DNA of 57,246 nt from Octopus bimaculoides (taxonomy: Eukaryota): NCBI RefSeq assembly GCF_001194135.2, contig NC_068982.1:89248081-89305326 (forward strand), given 5' to 3'. Below the pieces are notes generated by a model. It saw nothing but the letters and a program-made list of their open reading frames with translations, was not told where the DNA came from and made no database searches. Positions 53,066 to 57,246 of the stretch are shown piece by piece. Positions within the stretch are counted from its first letter, which is position 1, and each line of letters begins with the position of its first letter. Position numbers and translations under genes: made by a program.

Positions 53066-55135
53066 CTGTTGGTAAGATAGTCATTGAAAGGAAACTGCCA
53101 ACAGACATTGGCGTAAGTGTTTCTGCACATGAAGTAGCCATCGGATTTATCAAACAGCCAACATTCGCTATATCGAAATTTCATAACATGCACATTGTCG
53201 ATACTTGAAATAAGATAATTGAGAAACTATATATGTGCATATATGCATTTATACCTGTATGCATGCACGCACACATACTTACAAACAGACAGACAGACAT
53301 GTGTGTGAGTGCGTGTGTATGTGTTTCTCTGTGTTCGAAATAATTAACTTTGTAATGGACTACGGAAGATATTGTCCAATATGAAGGAATACATATCCCC
53401 CTTCAAAAATGCTGCAGGTTATTAGCTAAGAGTGAAAACACTGAAATCATAGACTTGAATAGAAGTAATTTTAACTTGATTATATCACACTCAATATTTA
53501 ATATTGACTAGACACAAAGGCCCTGCATATCATGAGAGTAAGTGGGGCGTCGGATAAGGAAATTAAGAAGGGTTTCGAGTCTTGCTCTTTTTGCTGATGA
53601 TGATGATGTTCATGTTGTTGTTGCTTGGTCTATATTAAGTTTGAAACGAGAAGATCCGTGAAGATCAAAAGAACTCATTATTACTTCCGCCCCGCCGTCT
53701 ATTACAGTAGCTATGAATAAGTAATATAATGTCATAAATTTTCTCTAAAAGACGGCATAGTATAACTTAAGGAAAATTTGGCTGCTATTTCTTGCGGTTT
53801 AAGTGACTACATTTGCTGGCGAAAATTCCGTGAAATGGTTTTCATATGGAACAAAATTGCTTTCACGATCTTGGTTTTCTTTTTTGTTATTGTCCTTGGT
53901 GTTTTTTCTGTTGTTGTAGCTGTTATTGTTATTCTCCTTCTTAATAGTGGGGAGGGGGGGTCTGACAGAGTGATTTTTGTGGTGGCAATGGTTTCGTTTA
54001 TCCTCCAAAAAATCAGTCCTGTATGATCAGAACAGCCCTGCCGTCTCCATCCCGGTTTTTATTTCACAGAGTGTATATCAAAGACTACATTATTTAATGT
54101 ATCCTTCCCTTATTTATGAGACGGTCTGATGTGATACCAGGGGGATTTGGTTGTTATTTCGTGTAGATTAGCTGACAATGCAAAAGCTTTCTCGTTTGGT
54201 TCACTTATCTCTGAATGTTCAGAATTGACAGATATCAGTCAGAGAAGAGGAGTAACATTTACAACCTCAACGGTGTGACCTTTCATGCTGCAAAGTACAA
54301 TTTGTAAGTTCATTGCAACCTTACGATTGATAGGCCTACGTTCTTGAATTTCCTACGATAACAAAACTTTGATGTGTTCGTGCTTAACCCTCGTCTGCAG
54401 CTCCGTAAATTTTGTACAGTTTATCATAAAGCCGTAGCTGCCGTTTTGTGTTTATTCATTATTCACCTTGCAACTAATGAGAGTATCCAATTGCTCTATG
54501 GTTTTCCTTGGCTTTAAAGAGAAGCAAACCATTTAGGCTTGTGATATCATTTAGAATGATTTCTGATACGTTTATCTCTTGGTAATTGATAATTGCAACA
54601 TAATACAACATAACATCAAATTATTATGAGCACGTAAAACAGCTAGAATTAGCACAATGATGTGCATATCCATTTATAACATATTCCGACTGCTATGCAA
54701 GTGGATGTGCTATACGCTGTTGTATTTCTTCATCGGAGAATAACTTCTCTCTTTAGATGATGTTTGTTGACAAAACAAGCGATTCAGTGACATGAAGACG
54801 TGCAAACTTACTGATTTCACGGCAGGGGGAGGAGGAGGAGGAGGAGGTAAAAATGCAGTATATATTACATTACACAGAGTAAAAGTAGTGGAGCCGAAAT
54901 GCAAATAAAATGTTGAGCCAGATTTTGACCTCAATCCTCATCATCAGTATCATTGTCACTATCATCATCATGACCATTATTGTCACATCACTACCAATAC
55001 TATGATTATAATAATCATCATCGTCGTCGTCGTCATCACCATCTCATCATCACGATCGGCATGATCACTATGGTTACAACATTTTCATTACAATCATCAT
55101 TATCCTTTTCATAATCGTCATCATCGACTGATGAC

Positions 55136-55168
<33 letters not shown>

Positions 55169-55593
55169 ATTGGAACAATCAAAAATGCACACCTTTTGCC
55201 TTCGAAAATCATTGAAACGTGATAGTTGACGCAGTAAGAAGACAAGTACGTCAGTAAGTGAAGGAGAATAAAACGTCTTTTAATTGACATTAAATTCGAA
55301 TCTTCAAAACGTGAGGCTTTCTAAACTGTAACGAAAATGGATGTCTACCGTTTATATAGAGATTAGCAATATTAAATGTTGGAGAATTTGTTAAAATGGG
55401 CAGTATAGAAATGTTCCGAAATTATGAAGAATCAAGTAGGTTGGCTGGAATGGTGTGGAGAGGGGGCATATGTTTTCTGGGAGTAGATATGATGTATCGT
55501 TGAACAGGAAAAGGTATGGATAGTGAGTTGAAGAATTTCCAGTGTGGGAGTTGTTTAATGTATATGTGTTTATGGCACTGTAACTACATAAAG

Positions 55594-55891
55594 TAGTGGC
55601 TTCTAAACATTTTTGGGGTACCGCCCCTTGGTATCCAGGCCACATTCTTAGTGCCCCCACCCGCCTCACATAGACGAATTTCTGCAGCAAATTCAAAACT
55701 GTTGCATTTCACAAATAAAACTTGACGCAATTAACCCATTATTTGGGAGGATGGTCCTTTACATACATTACCACTTTTTGGCTATCCCATTATTGCCCCG
55801 CCCCACTTTTCTTGAACGCCTCCGACCACTGAATCTGTCCACTCCCCGTCCCCTAAGAGGAAGGCAGTACCACCAACTTTGGGAACTTCTG
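55594..55891. mobile_element. hAT-type MITE, diverged
   Basis: Ends TAGTGGCTTCTAAAC and CTTTGGGAACTTCTG resemble Charlie-type TIRs. The 8-bp flanks acataaag / atctatag match only partly. Confidence 0.55.
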
Positions 55892-57114
55892 ATCTATAGT
55901 TATAAAACAGACCTCAGTCTGAAAACGATGAGTTTCGTTTGTAACAGACAGTATTTGGAAGTTCTGTAAATATAGATCATAGTACTACAATTATATTTCG
56001 TATGTGTATTTCGTGTGCAAGATTCTTGATGTGGATACGTGTGTTGAAAGAAATACAATTAAACCTTGGGAGAGGCATTATGCCGGTAATAAACACACGC
56101 ACTGGTTCAGTCCTTTATTAATTTATATAGTTTTTTGTTAAATTATTTCATTGCACTCTTGCAATCTCTTCAGTAACTTGTCTCTCCACTTCCATTTATA
56201 GATTTCCATAAAGTTTTAACTTTAATATTTGATATTGAAAAATACACAGTATTGCTAACATGAAATCGGTAGCTTTGAAAAGATATCTTAACATTTTCAA
56301 TTTTAATAAATATTTTAATAAATATTTTTATCGTAATTAGCTATATATCATATATACTTTAAAATAATCTCTCATATATATATATATATATGTCTGCCTG
56401 TATGTCTGTCTGTCTATCTGTTTGTATGTATGTATGTATATATGTATGTATGTATGCATGCATGTATGCATGTATGCATGTATGCATATATGTATGTATG
56501 CATGCATGTATGTATATGTTATCTTTTCTCTTATCAAAGAGAATATTTCTCCCAGCGTTCACTATTTTCCTCTCGTTCTGGTCTAACGAACCCCCATGTT
56601 TGTTCTCGTTTGGTTTCCTTGTATGTCTCCGCTATTCTGTTTTTGTTCCCAACTTTGGCAATCCATAAATCAAAAATTTTATTTTGGAATTTATGGGAGC
56701 AACTGTCTTCGAAGACTCATATTGTCTTTGAATGCTCGAAATGAGGATTAGATAGACAGCTGACAAATAATGAAGGGTCGTTCTGCGTGTTACTTGTCCT
56801 GTTTTCCATTTTTCTCTCGTTGTTTGTGTATTTAACTCATTTGTTTTCATACTTCATGTTGTTTACACAGTTGGTGATGTCCTGTACCAATATATGCACA
56901 TATATGCATACCAATAATGTATATATGTATATATGTATATAATATATATATATATGTATATAATAATGTATATATGTATACCAATAATGTATACCAATAA
57001 CGGAACTGGAGATACAATATCCCTGCATATCTCACGTCTGTTTTCATTCCTCCACTTCACTCTCTATTTCATATATTATCTAAATTAACTATTCCTTAAC
57101 CATTCTCTCACACC

Positions 57115-57162
57115 GTATCCGATGAAGGGATATATAAAATATCCCGGAAACAGCTGTAAGAC
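57115..57162 (+). ncRNA. Minimal type I hammerhead-ribozyme-like motif (Penelope/retrozyme type)
   Basis: GTAT-CCGATGA-A-GGGATAT(ATAAA)ATATCCC-G-GAAAC-AGCT-GTA-AGAC: 7-bp helix II, 2-bp helix III capped by the palindromic AGCU tetraloop, GUA site, helix I 3 of 4 paired. Deviations: U4>C and an A.G apposition at the base of helix II. Confidence 0.7.
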
Positions 57163-57246
57163 ATTCTATTTAGAGATGTTCTGAGATCTTTACAGCCTTG
57201 GATTTTTACCTCATTCTGATAATTCATATATATATATATATATATA

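Noticed and set aside
55400-55560. Minus-strand HWKFFNS...MPPLHTIP as a possible TRP box upstream of the candidate exons
   Set aside because: Spacing differs from EWKFAR...LPPPF, there is no preceding transmembrane helix, the frame ends in a stop, and splice sites are absent.

Overview
AT-rich, intron-like/intergenic eukaryotic DNA with 12 N-gaps, almost all flanked by microsatellites. The tRNA-derived SINE families and repeat style point to a cephalopod, most likely Octopus (inference; no database search was run). There is no intact long gene, and most ORFs in the supplied track are microsatellite or N-gap artefacts. What can be supported: (i) dozens of copies of three tRNA-headed SINE families; (ii) decayed fragments of five retroelement lineages (R4/Dong-like x2, HERO-like, RTE with C-terminal C2H2 fingers, CR1/L2-type, Penelope-like GIY-YIG); (iii) mariner and hAT DNA-transposon remnants; (iv) a few candidate small exons of an unidentified spliced host gene on the minus strand. 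The most interesting signals are three minimal hammerhead-ribozyme-like motifs of the Penelope/retrozyme type (one lying downstream of a Penelope endonuclease on the same strand), two head-to-head inverted retroelement junctions, and a SINE-R4 chimera. No CRISPR array, rRNA or genuine tRNA gene was found.
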